Shown here piece by piece: positions 8,130-19,151 of a stretch of DNA of 64,000 nucleotides. Location: assembly GCA_014382285.1 (NCBI GenBank), contig JACNKA010000077.1, positions 13,208 through 77,207 of the forward strand, read 5' to 3'. The position numbers and the translations under genes are program-made. Each line of letters begins with the position of its first letter. The stretch's first letter is position 1. The notes under the pieces are model-generated. The model did not search any database and was not told the DNA's origin. It was given only the letters and a program-made list of their open reading frames with translations. Source of the DNA: Nitrospinota bacterium. GTDB taxonomy: Bacteria > Nitrospinota > Nitrospinia > Nitrospinales > VA-1.

Positions 8130-8137
8130 ACACAAAA

Positions 8138-8165
8138 TTCCGCCCGATGGGCGGGATATTGTTCC
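8138..8165 (+). terminator. candidate terminator after rpsI
   Basis: CCGCCC-gat-GGGCGG hairpin 10 nt after the stop, followed by GATATTGTT (a weak T tract). Confidence 0.45.
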
Positions 8166-8170
8166 TAAGC

Positions 8171-8257
8171 ATTCATGTCCCGCAGGGGCAAATATAGGCA
8201 ATAACTTGTTGGTGCGAAGTCATTGCTATTTGCCTCTCCTGCCAAGGGGTATGCCAA
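8171..8257 (+). repeat. degenerate short relative of family A repeat
   Basis: CATGTCCCGCAGGGGCAAATATAGGCAATAACTTGTT resembles 47205-47241. CCAAGGGGTATGCCA resembles CCAAGGGGTGTGCCG at 47365-47379. Confidence 0.5.
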
Positions 8258-8399
8258 CCATTATGGTATGATAACGCTGGTCGGGCCACGATAGTGCGCA
8301 AGATAAATATATTACACGTTATGCCCCTACGGGGCACAAGAGCTAAGAAATCACATCAAGCCAGCGGGAGGCACTCCGCTTAAACAGGCAAGTTTTGCT

Positions 8400-9437
8400 A
8401 TGATAAAAATAGGTATAGCTGGAGCAAGCGGGTACACCGGGCTGGAATTGATCCGTCTTCTTGCCGCACACCCGGATGTAGAGCTCACGGTTTTGACCTC
8501 CGAGACTTTTCAAGGGCAAAACATCGCCGAGGTTTTTCCATCTTTGAATGGAGTCGTTGACCTCACGCTTCGGCCTCTGGATGACAGCATCACTAAAGAC
8601 TGTTCCGTTTTGTTTCTGGCCCTGCCTCACATAGCGGCGATGGACAAACTTCCCGTTTATTTGCAGTCGGACTGCAAAATCATCGACCTGAGCGCAGACT
8701 ATCGGTTGAAAGACCCCAAAGCCTACTCAGACTGGTACTCCGTCACCCATACCCACCCCGAGCTTCTTGAGCAAGCGGTGTATGGTTTGCCGGAACTACA
8801 TCGCCAGGCCATTCAAACAGCACGGTTCATTGCCAACCCCGGTTGCTATCCAACCAGTGTGATTCTGGCGTTGGCTCCGCTTCTTAAGACCGGCTGGGCA
8901 GACCTCGATTCCATAATTTCCGACAGCAAGTCTGGCGTCTCCGGTGCCGGGCGCAAGCCTTCCCTGACCACACATTACACCGAGGTCAACGAAGGGATCA
9001 GCCCCTATGGACTGGCCAGTCACCGGCACACTCCCGAAATGGAACAGGAGCTTTCCACTCTGGCGGGAAAACCCGTACGCATCACATTTTCTCCGCATCT
9101 GGTCCCCATGACCCGGGGAATGCTGAGCACCGTTTACATCAACCTGAGCGAAGACCTCAGCGATGAAAAACTGGTCGAACACTATCGCAATTTTTATAAA
9201 GACGAATATTTTGTGCGTGTGCTGAAGCCAGGAAAATTCGCCAGCAGTCACCATGTACTGTCTTCCAATTTTTGCGACATTGGCCTTAAGGTGGATTCAC
9301 GCAACCAGCGTCTGATCATCACCAGCGCGCTGGACAACCTGGTCAAAGGCGCCTCGGGGCAAGCCGTCCAGAATATGAACATCATGCTGGGCCTGAATGA
9401 AAAAACCGGTCTCATGGCACCGGCAATTTTTCCTTAA
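8400..9437 (+). CDS. argC: N-acetyl-gamma-glutamyl-phosphate reductase
   Basis: 345 aa. It has IGIAGASGYTGLELIRLL and the active-site cysteine context ANPGCYPT. Confidence 0.95.
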   Translation: MIKIGIAGASGYTGLELIRLLAAHPDVELTVLTSETFQGQNIAEVFPSLNGVVDLTLRPLDDSITKDCSVLFLALPHIAAMDKLPVYLQSDCKIIDLSADYRLKDPKAYSDWYSVTHTHPELLEQAVYGLPELHRQAIQTARFIANPGCYPTSVILALAPLLKTGWADLDSIISDSKSGVSGAGRKPSLTTHYTEVNEGISPYGLASHRHTPEMEQELSTLAGKPVRITFSPHLVPMTRGMLSTVYINLSEDLSDEKLVEHYRNFYKDEYFVRVLKPGKFASSHHVLSSNFCDIGLKVDSRNQRLIITSALDNLVKGASGQAVQNMNIMLGLNEKTGLMAPAIFP

Positions 9438-9537
9438 GGGCACTTCAAAAAATTATTTTTGCCACGAGCGACCCTTATGAAGTATGGGCCTGCGAGTTGC
9501 CATAGAAAAAATTACTTAATAAAGACTCTCACAAATC

Positions 9538-10749
9538 ATGAAACTTTCAAAAAATCGTAACCCTGCGGTTCCTGGTTTTAAAGCCGTGGGACTGAGCTGC
9601 GGAATCAAAGCAAAAAACATTAAAGATCTGGCATTGATCGTTTCCGATGTTCCGGCCACTGCGGCAGGAGTCTTCACTAAAAACCGGGTTGTATCTCCCG
9701 GTGTGACCTGGAGCCGCCGCGCATTGGCAAAATCTGGTAGTTGCCGTGCCATTGTCATCAATAGTGGCAACGCCAATACGGTAGTCGGCCCTAAGGGAAT
9801 GAAAGACTGCGATGCGATCACAAAAATAATTTCCGAAGAATTATCCATCCCGCAAAAAGAAGTGCTCATCGCTTCCACCGGAGTGATAGGGGTTCCACTT
9901 CCTTCCGAGAAAATTTTACAGGCCGCGCCGGAACTGGTGAAAAAATTGGGGCGGACAGAAAAGAGTTGGACCGATGCCGCCGAAGCCATCATGACCACCG
10001 ATCTGGTTTCAAAGTCAGATCGTGTTCAATATACTTTTAAGGGCAAACGTATCACCATTGGCGGAATCACCAAAGGGTCCGGAATGATCCACCCTGATAT
10101 GGCAACCATGCTTGGGTTTTTGCACACCGATGCTGTGATCGATTCGAAGACCCTTAAAATGGCCCTGATAGAAGCCGCCAGCCGCTCGTTCAATCGCATC
10201 ACCGTGGATGGAGACAACAGCACTAACGATTGTGTCATTGTTCTTGCCAACGGAGAGGCAAAAAACCCTGCGATAAAACCCAACACACCGGGCTACCGGG
10301 AATTCTTAAAAGCTCTGACTGCAATATGTAAAAACCTGGCATCTAAAATTATTTTGGATGGAGAAGGAGCGACCAAATTCGTCACCGTCCGCGTTCAGGG
10401 AGGAAAAACACGTAAACAAGCGTACCTCATAGCAAATTCGGTTGCCACTTCTTCTCTTGTCAAAACAGCATTGTTTGGAGAAGACCCGAACTGGGGACGA
10501 ATTTTTTGTGCGGTAGGAAATGCCGGCGCACCTTTTGATCCCGACAAAGTAGATATAGTGTTAAATAAAAATCTGCTGGTGAAAAGCGGCAACCCAACAA
10601 ATTTGTCTCCCCAGAAACTGGTCAAAGCGATGCGGCAACATGAAATCAATATAACCATTGACCTGCATGATGGAAAAGAGTGGGAGGAAGTTTTGACCTG
10701 CGATTTTTCTTACGACTACGTCAAAATCAATGCAGAATACACCACCTAG
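9538..10749 (+). CDS. argJ: bifunctional ornithine acetyltransferase / N-acetylglutamate synthase
   Basis: 403 aa. It has the autoprocessing site HPDMATMLGF and ends in the family-typical INAEYTT. The stop TAG lies inside an R-type repeat. Confidence 0.95.
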   Translation: MKLSKNRNPAVPGFKAVGLSCGIKAKNIKDLALIVSDVPATAAGVFTKNRVVSPGVTWSRRALAKSGSCRAIVINSGNANTVVGPKGMKDCDAITKIISEELSIPQKEVLIASTGVIGVPLPSEKILQAAPELVKKLGRTEKSWTDAAEAIMTTDLVSKSDRVQYTFKGKRITIGGITKGSGMIHPDMATMLGFLHTDAVIDSKTLKMALIEAASRSFNRITVDGDNSTNDCVIVLANGEAKNPAIKPNTPGYREFLKALTAICKNLASKIILDGEGATKFVTVRVQGGKTRKQAYLIANSVATSSLVKTALFGEDPNWGRIFCAVGNAGAPFDPDKVDIVLNKNLLVKSGNPTNLSPQKLVKAMRQHEINITIDLHDGKEWEEVLTCDFSYDYVKINAEYTT

Positions 10750-10918
10750 TCCGCTCGGCGCGGGGCCAGAAAAAAGCAAGCTCACTTCTTGCTCATTGGA
10801 TCCAGCGTCACGCTGGCCACGCCAAGAGGGACTGGCTACCCGTTCCAATCTGTATTAAAATTAACGGCTGATTGACCCTGATGATATTTCTTTCAATGAC
10901 CGATAAGGTTTATTAAGC

Positions 10919-11431
10919 ATGGCTTTACTAGAGATTAAAAACTGTCTGGACCCTGTTTTAAGAAAGTTGTGTCTGCCCATTGAAAATATTGATGGGGAAC
11001 TGGTCACTCTTGCTGAAAACATGGTGGAAACCACCTTAGCCGCTCCGGGAGTCGGGCTTGCTGCCAACCAGATTGGGTTGCCGTGGCGCCTGTTTGTGGT
11101 CAACATCGGCGTTGAAACCGACAAGGAAAATCTGGTTACCGTGATCAACCCGGAAATCACCGCGATGGAAGGGAGTGAACTCGGGGAAGAAGGTTGCCTG
11201 AGTATTCCCGATGTGATTGCAGAAGTGAACCGAGCTAGCCAGATTGAGATTAAGGGCTACGATCTGGATGGAAACGAAGTCCGCTATGAAGCCGAGGGAT
11301 ACCTGGCCCGTGCCTTTCAACATGAAATGGATCATTTAAACGGTGTTCTTTTTTGGGACAACCTAGGAAAAATGAAACGAGATATTCTTAAACGAAAATT
11401 CAAAAAGAAAATTAAAGAGCAGGATGCATGA
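10919..11431 (+). CDS. def: peptide deformylase
   Basis: 170 aa. It has the GVGLAANQIG, EGCLS and QHEMDHL motifs. Confidence 0.95.
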   Translation: MALLEIKNCLDPVLRKLCLPIENIDGELVTLAENMVETTLAAPGVGLAANQIGLPWRLFVVNIGVETDKENLVTVINPEITAMEGSELGEEGCLSIPDVIAEVNRASQIEIKGYDLDGNEVRYEAEGYLARAFQHEMDHLNGVLFWDNLGKMKRDILKRKFKKKIKEQDA

Positions 11432-12375
11432 AAATTTTATTTATGGGAACACCGGAATTTGCCCTTCCAACCTTGAAGGCCCTGCACCATTCTTCGCATT
11501 CCATACTTGCGGTCATCACTCAGCCTGACAAGCCAAAGGGCCGGGGACAGAAACTTCTTGTATCTCCTATCAAACAATATGCATTAGATTCTGACCTTCC
11601 CCTACTGCAACCTAAAACAGTTAATGATCCTGAGTTCATCGAGAGATTAAAGCAAAACCAACCTGACATAATTATCGTGGTCGCTTTTGGGCAAATATTG
11701 AGCGAAACTTTTCTTAAAATCCCCAAACTGTTCTGCATCAATCTGCATTCATCGCTTTTGCCAAAATACCGGGGGGCGGCTCCCATCCATCGAGCCATTC
11801 TTAACGGCGACAACAAATCAGGAGTCACCACCATGATTATGGATAAAGGCATGGATACCGGTGATATTCTGCTCATGCAAGAAACTCCTGTTAAAGAGAC
11901 CGATAACGCCCAAACTCTGCACGACACTTTGTCTGAAATGGGAGGAACCCTGATACTCGAAACTCTCAAGAGACTTGAAGAAAATACACTACTCCCTGTT
12001 CCGCAGGATCACAGCCAGGCAACGTATGCGGCCAAACTAAAAAAAGAAGAGGGTCTGATCCATTGGGAGCAATCTGCCATAATTCTCTTGAACCAGGTTC
12101 GGGGCTTGACCCCATGGCCGGGGACTTACACTTTATTAAACAAAAAACGGTTACGGATATTAAAAGTTCAAGTCATTGATGGAACCCCCGATGATGACCC
12201 TGGTAAAGTTGCACGGGTTACAGATGGGGGGATTGAGGTGGGCACCGGGCAGGGACGGCTGCTCATCACCGAGCTTCAACCGGAAGGCAAAAAAAGTATG
12301 TCAGCAAAAAGTTTTCTAACTGGTTATAAAATTGAACGGGGAACCCTGTTTGATCCAACTCCAAATCAATCTTGA
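11428..12375 (+). CDS. fmt: methionyl-tRNA formyltransferase
   Basis: 315 aa. It has the [14 protein letters not shown] motif. It overlaps the def stop in ATGA and has the full C-terminal domain. Confidence 0.95.
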   Translation: MKILFMGTPEFALPTLKALHHSSHSILAVITQPDKPKGRGQKLLVSPIKQYALDSDLPLLQPKTVNDPEFIERLKQNQPDIIIVVAFGQILSETFLKIPKLFCINLHSSLLPKYRGAAPIHRAILNGDNKSGVTTMIMDKGMDTGDILLMQETPVKETDNAQTLHDTLSEMGGTLILETLKRLEENTLLPVPQDHSQATYAAKLKKEEGLIHWEQSAIILLNQVRGLTPWPGTYTLLNKKRLRILKVQVIDGTPDDDPGKVARVTDGGIEVGTGQGRLLITELQPEGKKSMSAKSFLTGYKIERGTLFDPTPNQS

Positions 12376-12382
12376 GGTGAGC

Positions 12383-13318
12383 ATGCCAAGAACATTAATA
12401 ACAGGTGGAGCCGGTTTTCTGGGTTCGCATTTATGCGAATACTTCCTGAATAAAGGCCATGAGGTGGTCTGCATGGACAATCTCATCACCGGTTCCAGAG
12501 ATAATATATCCGGCATAAAAAGCGAGAAGTTTCAATTTGTGAAACACAATGTCTCGGAATTTATCAATCTGGAGGGCGAGTTGGACTATATTCTGCATTT
12601 CGCATCCCCTGCCAGCCCCATTGACTATTTAGAACTCCCCATTCAAACCCTTAAAGTCGGCGCACTCGGCACCCACAATGCCCTCGGCCTGGCAAAAGCT
12701 AAAAAGGCTACTTTTCTTCTTGCCTCTACCTCTGAGGTTTATGGCGACCCCTTGGTTCACCCGCAACCAGAAGAGTATTGGGGAAACGTGAACCCAATTG
12801 GCCCGCGTGGTGTCTATGACGAAGCCAAACGATTTGCCGAAGCCATCACCATGGCCTACCACAGAACCCATGGCATCAACACCAAGATCGTCCGTATTTT
12901 TAATACCTATGGACCACGCATGCGAGTCAATGACGGTCGCGCCATCCCCAATTTTTTAAAACAGGCACTCACGGGAAAAGATTTAACGGTCTACGGAGAA
13001 GGCTCCCAGACACGAAGCTTCTGTTTCGTATCGGATCTCGTTGAAGGCCTCTATCGCCTGCTGATGTCAGAGCAGAACTACCCTGTCAATATTGGTAACC
13101 CAAATGAAATGACGGTCAAGGAAATGGCCGATAAAATTTTGCAAGCCACGAACAGCAAGAGTAAGATCATCCACGTTCCCTTACCGGAAGACGACCCAAA
13201 AATCCGTCAGCCCGATATCACCCGCGCCAGAAAATATTTAAACTGGGAACCTGTAGTCAGCCTGGACCAGGGCTTACAGTCAACACTGGAATATTTTAAA
13301 GAACAGCTGAAAACCTGA
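12383..13318 (+). CDS. UDP-glucuronate decarboxylase (UDP-xylose synthase-type SDR)
   Basis: I place the start at ATG 12383 ([17 protein letters not shown]), preceded by GAGGTGA. It has the catalytic YDEAKR. Size and sequence are typical of UXS. Confidence 0.88.
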   Translation: MPRTLITGGAGFLGSHLCEYFLNKGHEVVCMDNLITGSRDNISGIKSEKFQFVKHNVSEFINLEGELDYILHFASPASPIDYLELPIQTLKVGALGTHNALGLAKAKKATFLLASTSEVYGDPLVHPQPEEYWGNVNPIGPRGVYDEAKRFAEAITMAYHRTHGINTKIVRIFNTYGPRMRVNDGRAIPNFLKQALTGKDLTVYGEGSQTRSFCFVSDLVEGLYRLLMSEQNYPVNIGNPNEMTVKEMADKILQATNSKSKIIHVPLPEDDPKIRQPDITRARKYLNWEPVVSLDQGLQSTLEYFKEQLKT

Positions 13319-13334
13319 AACTCAGGATGTTATC

Positions 13335-14034
13335 ATGCCGGGAGAAAACAGATCTGCCATAAAATACTGGCCGGAAGACGAGCGCCCGCGTGAAAGGTTG
13401 ATCAAATATGGGAGCAATAGTTTGTCGGACGCACACCTGCTGGGAATTCTCATCGGGTCTGGGGATCGGCGCTCCAAAAAAAATGCGGTGGACTTAAGCC
13501 GGGATTTACTCAGCGCGTTTGGCACTCTGGAAAACCTTGATCAGGCAACGGTTACCGAAATGTGTCAGGTAAAAGGCATTGGCTCGGCCAAGGCGGCACA
13601 AATCAAAGCCGCGCTGGAGGTGGGGAAACGCATGGCTTCAAAGCCAACAAGCATAAAGATCAAATTAAAATCCAGCCAGGCTTTTGTGGAACAGTTTTCC
13701 CCTTTTATGAAAAGCCTGAAAAAGGAAATTGTAAAGATCGTGCTTCTGGACCCGAAACTACAACTCATTAAAGACCTGACCATATCGGAAGGAAGTTTGA
13801 ATGCCAGCATTGTCCACCCACGGGAAGTCATGATCCCGGCGATCCGGGAATCTGCAGCATCCTTCGCCTTGATCCATAACCACCCAAGCGGAGAACCCCA
13901 CTCCCAGCCAGAAAGATTTTGAAATCACCCATCGACTCAACCAGACCGGAAAAATTGTCGGGATTCATATGGTCGACCACATTATCATCGGAGGAAATGA
14001 GTTTTTTAGTTTTGCCGATGAAGGCTTGCTGTAG
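13335..14034 (+). pseudogene. radC: radC (UPF0758/JAMM family) interrupted by a +1 frameshift in a CCCC run
   Basis: Frame 0 reads ...ALIHNHPSGEPHSQPERF* and stops at 13920-13922. Frame +1 from 13897 reads PTPSQKDFEITHRLNQTGKIVGIHMVDHIIIGGNEFFSFADEGLL* and stops at 14032-14034. This is the canonical RadC C-terminus (HNHPSGxPxPSxxD...DHII). Confidence 0.85.
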
Positions 14035-14094
14035 AATAGTGTCTGTATGATGTAAGATGTTTTTATGAACTAAATTTTCCCCCAACGAGGATCT

Positions 14095-14655
14095 ATGCAA
14101 CGTATCAAAAATTCCCTTTATTCCAGTGCCGACTTGAAAAGGAAGGTTGCCGATACCCTTTCCGGAGATATTCTGGAAGCCGCATACCGTATCAAGTCTC
14201 GTCTTGACATAGGCGGGAAACTGATATTGATGGGCAACGGAGGAAGCGCAGCCGACTCTCAGCATATCGCTGCAGAATTGGTCGGGAGGTTTAAAAAAGA
14301 ACGCCGGGCCATACCCGCAATCGCCCTAACGGTCGACACCTCTTCATTAACTGCTCTCGGCAACGATTATGGTTTTGACACAATTTTTGAAAGACAAGTC
14401 GAAGCCCTGGCCCGGGAAAACGATGCTGTAGTGGGAATCAGCACCAGTGGCAACTCGGAAAATGTAGTGAGAGCCTTAACAAAAGCCAATGCCATTGGTG
14501 CAGAGACCATTGGGCTGGTGGGTAATAATGGGGGTAGAATAAAAGAGGTCGCTAATTTATCTATCATCATCCCCTCCGATGACACAGCCAGAATTCAGGA
14601 AGTGCATATAACCATCGGGCATATTATTTGTGAACTTATTGAAGAAGACTTGTAA
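14095..14655 (+). CDS. gmhA: D-sedoheptulose-7-phosphate isomerase
   Basis: 186 aa SIS domain with [16 protein letters not shown]. Confidence 0.9.
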   Translation: MQRIKNSLYSSADLKRKVADTLSGDILEAAYRIKSRLDIGGKLILMGNGGSAADSQHIAAELVGRFKKERRAIPAIALTVDTSSLTALGNDYGFDTIFERQVEALARENDAVVGISTSGNSENVVRALTKANAIGAETIGLVGNNGGRIKEVANLSIIIPSDDTARIQEVHITIGHIICELIEEDL

Positions 14656-16125
14656 ATGAAAGAAAAATTTAAATCTTTTTTTAGCAGTAATGAGAGACCG
14701 AAAATTCTCGTTGTCGGCGATTTAATTCTGGATGAATATATTTGGGGGGGGGTGCAGCGCATCTCTCCAGAGGCACCTGTCCCCATACTGGAAACACGCT
14801 CCGAAAACCTGGCTTTGGGTGGAGCCGCCAATGTTGCCAATAACCTTGTCGGTCTCGGTTGCGAAGTTTATCTATGTGGTGCCATTGGGCAGGATGAAAA
14901 AGGCGACAAACTTTTGCAAACCATCCATGAACGTTCTATTCAAACAGAAGGAATTTTCCGGTTCGTCCATCGCCCCACAACTTCCAAAATGAGGATCATC
15001 GCCCATAACCAGCAGATTTTGCGAATCGACAAGGAAGATAACCGCCCCATCACCGAGAAAACTGAAAAAAAATTGATTCAGTATATCAATCAGGTCATTC
15101 CCGGAATGGATGGAGTTATCTGCTCTGATTACCATAAAGGCATTCTGACTGAAAAAGTCATTAAAGCTGTTATGCACCGGGCGCAGAAATCTCAAAAAGC
15201 CGTCATCGTCGACCCCAAAAGCTCAGATTTTTCCCTATACAAAGGCGCCACCGTCATCACCCCAAACGTCAGAGAGGTCTCGGGCTCAGTTCCTATCAAG
15301 ATCAAGGATAATGAAGATCTGGGCCGGGCTGCTGAATACCTTTTGAACCTGACAAAAGCGCAGGCCATCCTCATCACGCAGGGGAAAGATGGCATGTCAC
15401 TCTATCAAAATAAAGAGAAGCTCATATCCATTCCCACCGTAGCCAAAGAAGTCTTTGACGTTACCGGTGCCGGAGACACAGTCATCAGCGTCTTTAGTAT
15501 GGCAGTGTTTTCAGGTTTCGATTATGAGGAAGCCGCATGGCTTTCTAATATGGCCGCCAGTGTTGTTGTCGGTAAAGTGGGCACCGCTGTCGTAACCCTG
15601 GAAGAGATCAACGAGTTTCTGCACGAAGAAATGTTACGCACCTCGCATACCGTTCTTGAACTTGAAGAGCTGAAAAAAATTATCAGCATGGCAAAGAGTA
15701 CGGATAAAAAAGTGGTGTTCACCAACGGTTGTTTCGACATTATCCATGGAGGACATATTGAGTTCCTGCAAAAAGCAAAATCCCTTGGAGATATTCTTGT
15801 GGTTGGGCTCAATACCGATCAATCCGTTAAAAAGTTGAAAGGGGAAAACCGGCCCATTAAAAATGAAAAAGAACGCGCCAATATTCTTTCGGCTTTAAAA
15901 TACATCGACTACATCACATTATTCAACGAAACCACTCCGGAAAAACTCATCCGGGAAATCAAACCTGATATTCTGGTAAAAGGAGACGACTATAAAATCG
16001 ATGACGTTGTCGGTCGGGAAATCGTTGAAGGCTACGGGGCAAGAGTTGAACTCATTCCCATCGTCCAAGGCCACTCCACCACAAATACCCTGGCAAAAAT
16101 CATAGAACAACATAAAGCCAGTTGA
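14656..16125 (+). CDS. hldE: bifunctional D-beta-D-heptose 7-phosphate kinase / heptose 1-phosphate adenylyltransferase
   Basis: 489 aa. It has an N-terminal ribokinase-like domain (DVTGAGDT) and a C-terminal cytidylyltransferase (TNGCFDIIHGGH). It starts directly after the gmhA stop. Confidence 0.93.
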   Translation: MKEKFKSFFSSNERPKILVVGDLILDEYIWGGVQRISPEAPVPILETRSENLALGGAANVANNLVGLGCEVYLCGAIGQDEKGDKLLQTIHERSIQTEGIFRFVHRPTTSKMRIIAHNQQILRIDKEDNRPITEKTEKKLIQYINQVIPGMDGVICSDYHKGILTEKVIKAVMHRAQKSQKAVIVDPKSSDFSLYKGATVITPNVREVSGSVPIKIKDNEDLGRAAEYLLNLTKAQAILITQGKDGMSLYQNKEKLISIPTVAKEVFDVTGAGDTVISVFSMAVFSGFDYEEAAWLSNMAASVVVGKVGTAVVTLEEINEFLHEEMLRTSHTVLELEELKKIISMAKSTDKKVVFTNGCFDIIHGGHIEFLQKAKSLGDILVVGLNTDQSVKKLKGENRPIKNEKERANILSALKYIDYITLFNETTPEKLIREIKPDILVKGDDYKIDDVVGREIVEGYGARVELIPIVQGHSTTNTLAKIIEQHKAS

Positions 16126-16152
16126 CCCACTACAGTCTCCGAAGAACTAAGT

Positions 16153-17115
16153 TCACTCAAGATGCTTGTCAGGAATCAGATAGTTTTTGACGTAATCTGA
16201 AACCCCCTCCTCCAAAGAAGTGATCGTTTCCACATATCCAGCAGACCGAATTTTCTCCATTTCCGCACGGGTGTGATACTGGTATTGATTGCGGATGGAT
16301 TCGGGCATCTCTATATATTTAATATTCACTTTTTTATTCATCGCCTGGAAGACTGCCGAAGCCAGGTCATTCCAGTTTCTCGCTTTGCCCGACCCAACAT
16401 TAAAAATCCCCCCGATATCTTTTTGCTCTAAAAAGAACAGGGTCATTGCCACCGCATCGCGCACATACAAGAAATCTCGTTCCTGCCCACCATCACTAAA
16501 TCCAGGCTTGTAGGATTTAAACAAATTCAGAACTCCCGCATCACGCACCTGCAAAAATCCCTTGCGGACCATGCTCTGCATATCATCTTTATGGTATTCA
16601 TTCGGACCAAACACGTTAAAATATTTCAGCCCCACGATGGTCTTTAGTGCCCCCACCTCTTTGGCCCACAGGTCAAACCATTGCTTGCTGGCTCCATAGA
16701 GATTGAGAGGCACCAGGGTTTCCAGCAGGGATTCATCATCGGAGTATCCGTTTTCTCCCGCGCCATAAGTTGCAGCACTGGAAGCATAAATAAAACGCAC
16801 ATCTTTTTTCAAGCAATGCTGGGCGAGGGATCGCGTGTACTCAAAATTATTTTTTCGCAAATAAGCTTCATCGGTTTCAGTCGTGGATGAACAAGCTCCC
16901 ATATGCAAAATTGCTGAGCACGCCTTTAGCCCTGCGACTTCCTGCAAAAAATCATCCTTACCCACCCAGCGCGAATAAGTAAGAGTGTCCAGATTTTTCT
17001 GCTTTTCAGGATGGTCTATATCATCCACCACCCAGACATCCTCAATCCCTTGCTGGTTAAGCCCGTGCACCAGCGCACTGCCTATGAACCCTGCCCCGCC
17101 CGTAACTATAATCAT
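16153..17115 (-). CDS. hldD: ADP-glyceromanno-heptose 6-epimerase
   Basis: 320 aa. It has MIIVTGGAGFIGSAL and the YGASK catalytic YxxxK. Its ATG overlaps the upstream gene's TGA (ATGA). Confidence 0.9.
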   Translation of the reverse strand: MIIVTGGAGFIGSALVHGLNQQGIEDVWVVDDIDHPEKQKNLDTLTYSRWVGKDDFLQEVAGLKACSAILHMGACSSTTETDEAYLRKNNFEYTRSLAQHCLKKDVRFIYASSAATYGAGENGYSDDESLLETLVPLNLYGASKQWFDLWAKEVGALKTIVGLKYFNVFGPNEYHKDDMQSMVRKGFLQVRDAGVLNLFKSYKPGFSDGGQERDFLYVRDAVAMTLFFLEQKDIGGIFNVGSGKARNWNDLASAVFQAMNKKVNIKYIEMPESIRNQYQYHTRAEMEKIRSAGYVETITSLEEGVSDYVKNYLIPDKHLE

Positions 17116-19151
17116 TCCTTTTCCACTCCTGGCTCATCAATTCGAAAACTCAAAAAATTCCTGAATGCGCCCTGTCCGGGATGCCCGGAAAACTTCACAT
17201 CTATCACAGACAAACTTCCCGTACCCTGAGAAATAAAAACAGCAGGATTCCAGCGGCGGTTAAAAATATTGCTCCCGTAGGGGTGATCCAACATCCACGC
17301 ATTGGGCAACCAACTGGGGTCTAAAACAATACTACCTTCCTTCAACTGCCCACCCACCAAGACTGCTGAAAAATTTATTTCACTGCCAGCAACTTCCATC
17401 AAGTTCAAAGTCAAATCCGTTGCTTTATGAGACAAAGGTTTTTTGCTTTCCATCGCAACCGTAAAGGAATTTTCAAACCGAATCAAGGGCCGGATTCCAG
17501 AAGGGCCGGAAACCTTTCCCCATCGATAGGACTCTGACTGCAAAGAGGCCTGACTCAGCCCCACCTTCTCCCACCCTTGCAAGGGCTGTAACCAGCCTGC
17601 TTTTAACCGGTAGAATACAAAAGGACCAAATTGCCCCGCCATCTCCAAGGCATTGCCAGGTAGTGTCGGCCCGTCTTTTCCTGCATTCCGGGTCAACACA
17701 GGAAAATTCAGGAACCGTTTTTCTTTTTTTGCTGATTCCTGATTTAACGTTGCGGTGTTTTTCTGGTAATCCAGAAAATAGATGTCTCCCAATTTTCCAT
17801 CGTGCAGGATATTCTCGATCCGTTCTCGCATATCACGAGAACCGTACAGGTAAAACTCTACATGCATTGCATGAGAGACCAGAACCAGATCGTTGGGACT
17901 TAATTTTTCAACAAAATCATGGACCTTGTGCAAAGGATCTCGTGACAGGCGTTGAGGATAAATATGCTGAAAAAAATTAGTGCCTGCAACAAGGAAAAAT
18001 ACCACCGCCAGAAACCCTGCAATGGCAAGGGCCGCTTTATTGTTAAATCCAGAATTTCTTTTTATCAGCGTCAAGAACCACACCCAAGCTTCCCTAACCC
18101 CCATCACACCAAGCATCAGAAAAAAAGGTTGCAGATAAAAAAAAGTTCTTGGATGCGGAACACCTGGAAGCTTTTCCACCAGAAAACCCACAACTCCCAT
18201 AAAGGCAGGGCCCAACCAAACACAGGCTATCAATAGGGCCATGCTTCGGTTTTGCTGAAACAGTTTCACTAATCCCAGCAATGCAAACAGAAAAAAAATA
18301 ATTCCCACCCGTTCAAAGGGCTTCATCCATTCAACCAGAAGTTCCGGGAAAAACAATGGCAAAGATATTTTAGCGGCACGTGCACTTGCATCAGCCAGCA
18401 TTGCCGAATCAATCAGCACATAGTACTGCAAATAAAATCCGATGCCCCCCACCAGGCATGAGGCCAGAGGTAATATCAAATGTGCAGTTTGTAATGACGG
18501 AAGTCGGTTTCTCGCCAACATTAACCCAGCCAGAAATATAGCCATTGAAACTTCAAAAAATAAAAAGGTGGGAATCGTCCAGGTTCCCACGAGCCAGATA
18601 ACCCCCCAGCCCAAAAATGCCAACCCTCGGTTGAACCCATCGGGAAATTTTTTAATTTTAAATGAACGACCCTCTAGCCTATCCAGCACACAAATCACGG
18701 TTAACAAAGACAACACCATGATCACGAGATACCCCCGTGCATTTGTGGAGTAGAAAATATGTTTCTCACAAAGGGTCATCAAAAAAGCCATGGCAAGCCC
18801 TACAGCGGCGCTTCCAGAAACTCTCTTGCCCAGCCGGTAACTCAGATAAATGCTGACCACTCCACAGACCATTAAGGGCATCCTTAATAACCACTCCTTC
18901 AGCCCGAAAGTTTTGAGCAGAAAGCTGAGAACAAGGCTCAGGAAAATATGATTATTGGGGTATTGATAGTTGGAGAGAATTTTCAAGTAGGGCATTTGCG
19001 CCCAAAGTGAAACCATGACCAATTCATCCGAAGCCAGCGGCACCCCCAGGCCCGGCACCCTGAATAAAGCAAAAACGAACAGGATGATTAAAGGCCAGAG
19101 GACACCCTGGCTTTGAGAATCAGGAGTTGTGGAATGTTTGAAGACAGACAT
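17112..19151 (-). CDS. GT-C fold membrane glycosyltransferase (ArnT/PMT, GT39/GT83-like) with a C-terminal soluble domain
   Basis: About 679 aa with many predicted TM helices. The first-loop acidic motif is LASDELV. It has a non-membrane tail of about 230 aa. The ATG at 19151 overlaps the M48 TGA by 1 nt (TGATG); the track ORF starts one codon earlier at a TTG. Confidence 0.75.
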   Translation of the reverse strand: MSVFKHSTTPDSQSQGVLWPLIILFVFALFRVPGLGVPLASDELVMVSLWAQMPYLKILSNYQYPNNHIFLSLVLSFLLKTFGLKEWLLRMPLMVCGVVSIYLSYRLGKRVSGSAAVGLAMAFLMTLCEKHIFYSTNARGYLVIMVLSLLTVICVLDRLEGRSFKIKKFPDGFNRGLAFLGWGVIWLVGTWTIPTFLFFEVSMAIFLAGLMLARNRLPSLQTAHLILPLASCLVGGIGFYLQYYVLIDSAMLADASARAAKISLPLFFPELLVEWMKPFERVGIIFFLFALLGLVKLFQQNRSMALLIACVWLGPAFMGVVGFLVEKLPGVPHPRTFFYLQPFFLMLGVMGVREAWVWFLTLIKRNSGFNNKAALAIAGFLAVVFFLVAGTNFFQHIYPQRLSRDPLHKVHDFVEKLSPNDLVLVSHAMHVEFYLYGSRDMRERIENILHDGKLGDIYFLDYQKNTATLNQESAKKEKRFLNFPVLTRNAGKDGPTLPGNALEMAGQFGPFVFYRLKAGWLQPLQGWEKVGLSQASLQSESYRWGKVSGPSGIRPLIRFENSFTVAMESKKPLSHKATDLTLNLMEVAGSEINFSAVLVGGQLKEGSIVLDPSWLPNAWMLDHPYGSNIFNRRWNPAVFISQGTGSLSVIDVKFSGHPGQGAFRNFLSFRIDEPGVEKE

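Noticed and set aside
11428-13318. fmt followed by a UDP-glucuronate decarboxylase mimics the two domains of ArnA. With a GT-C (ArnT-like) and a DegT (ArnB-like) gene in the window, this could suggest a split L-Ara4N pathway.
   Set aside because: The formyltransferase is translationally coupled to def and has the full Met-tRNA-binding C-terminal domain, so it is a genuine fmt. The decarboxylase has UXS size and motifs. There is no arnC or arnD, and the other genes are 4-40 kb away. The adjacency is probably coincidental.
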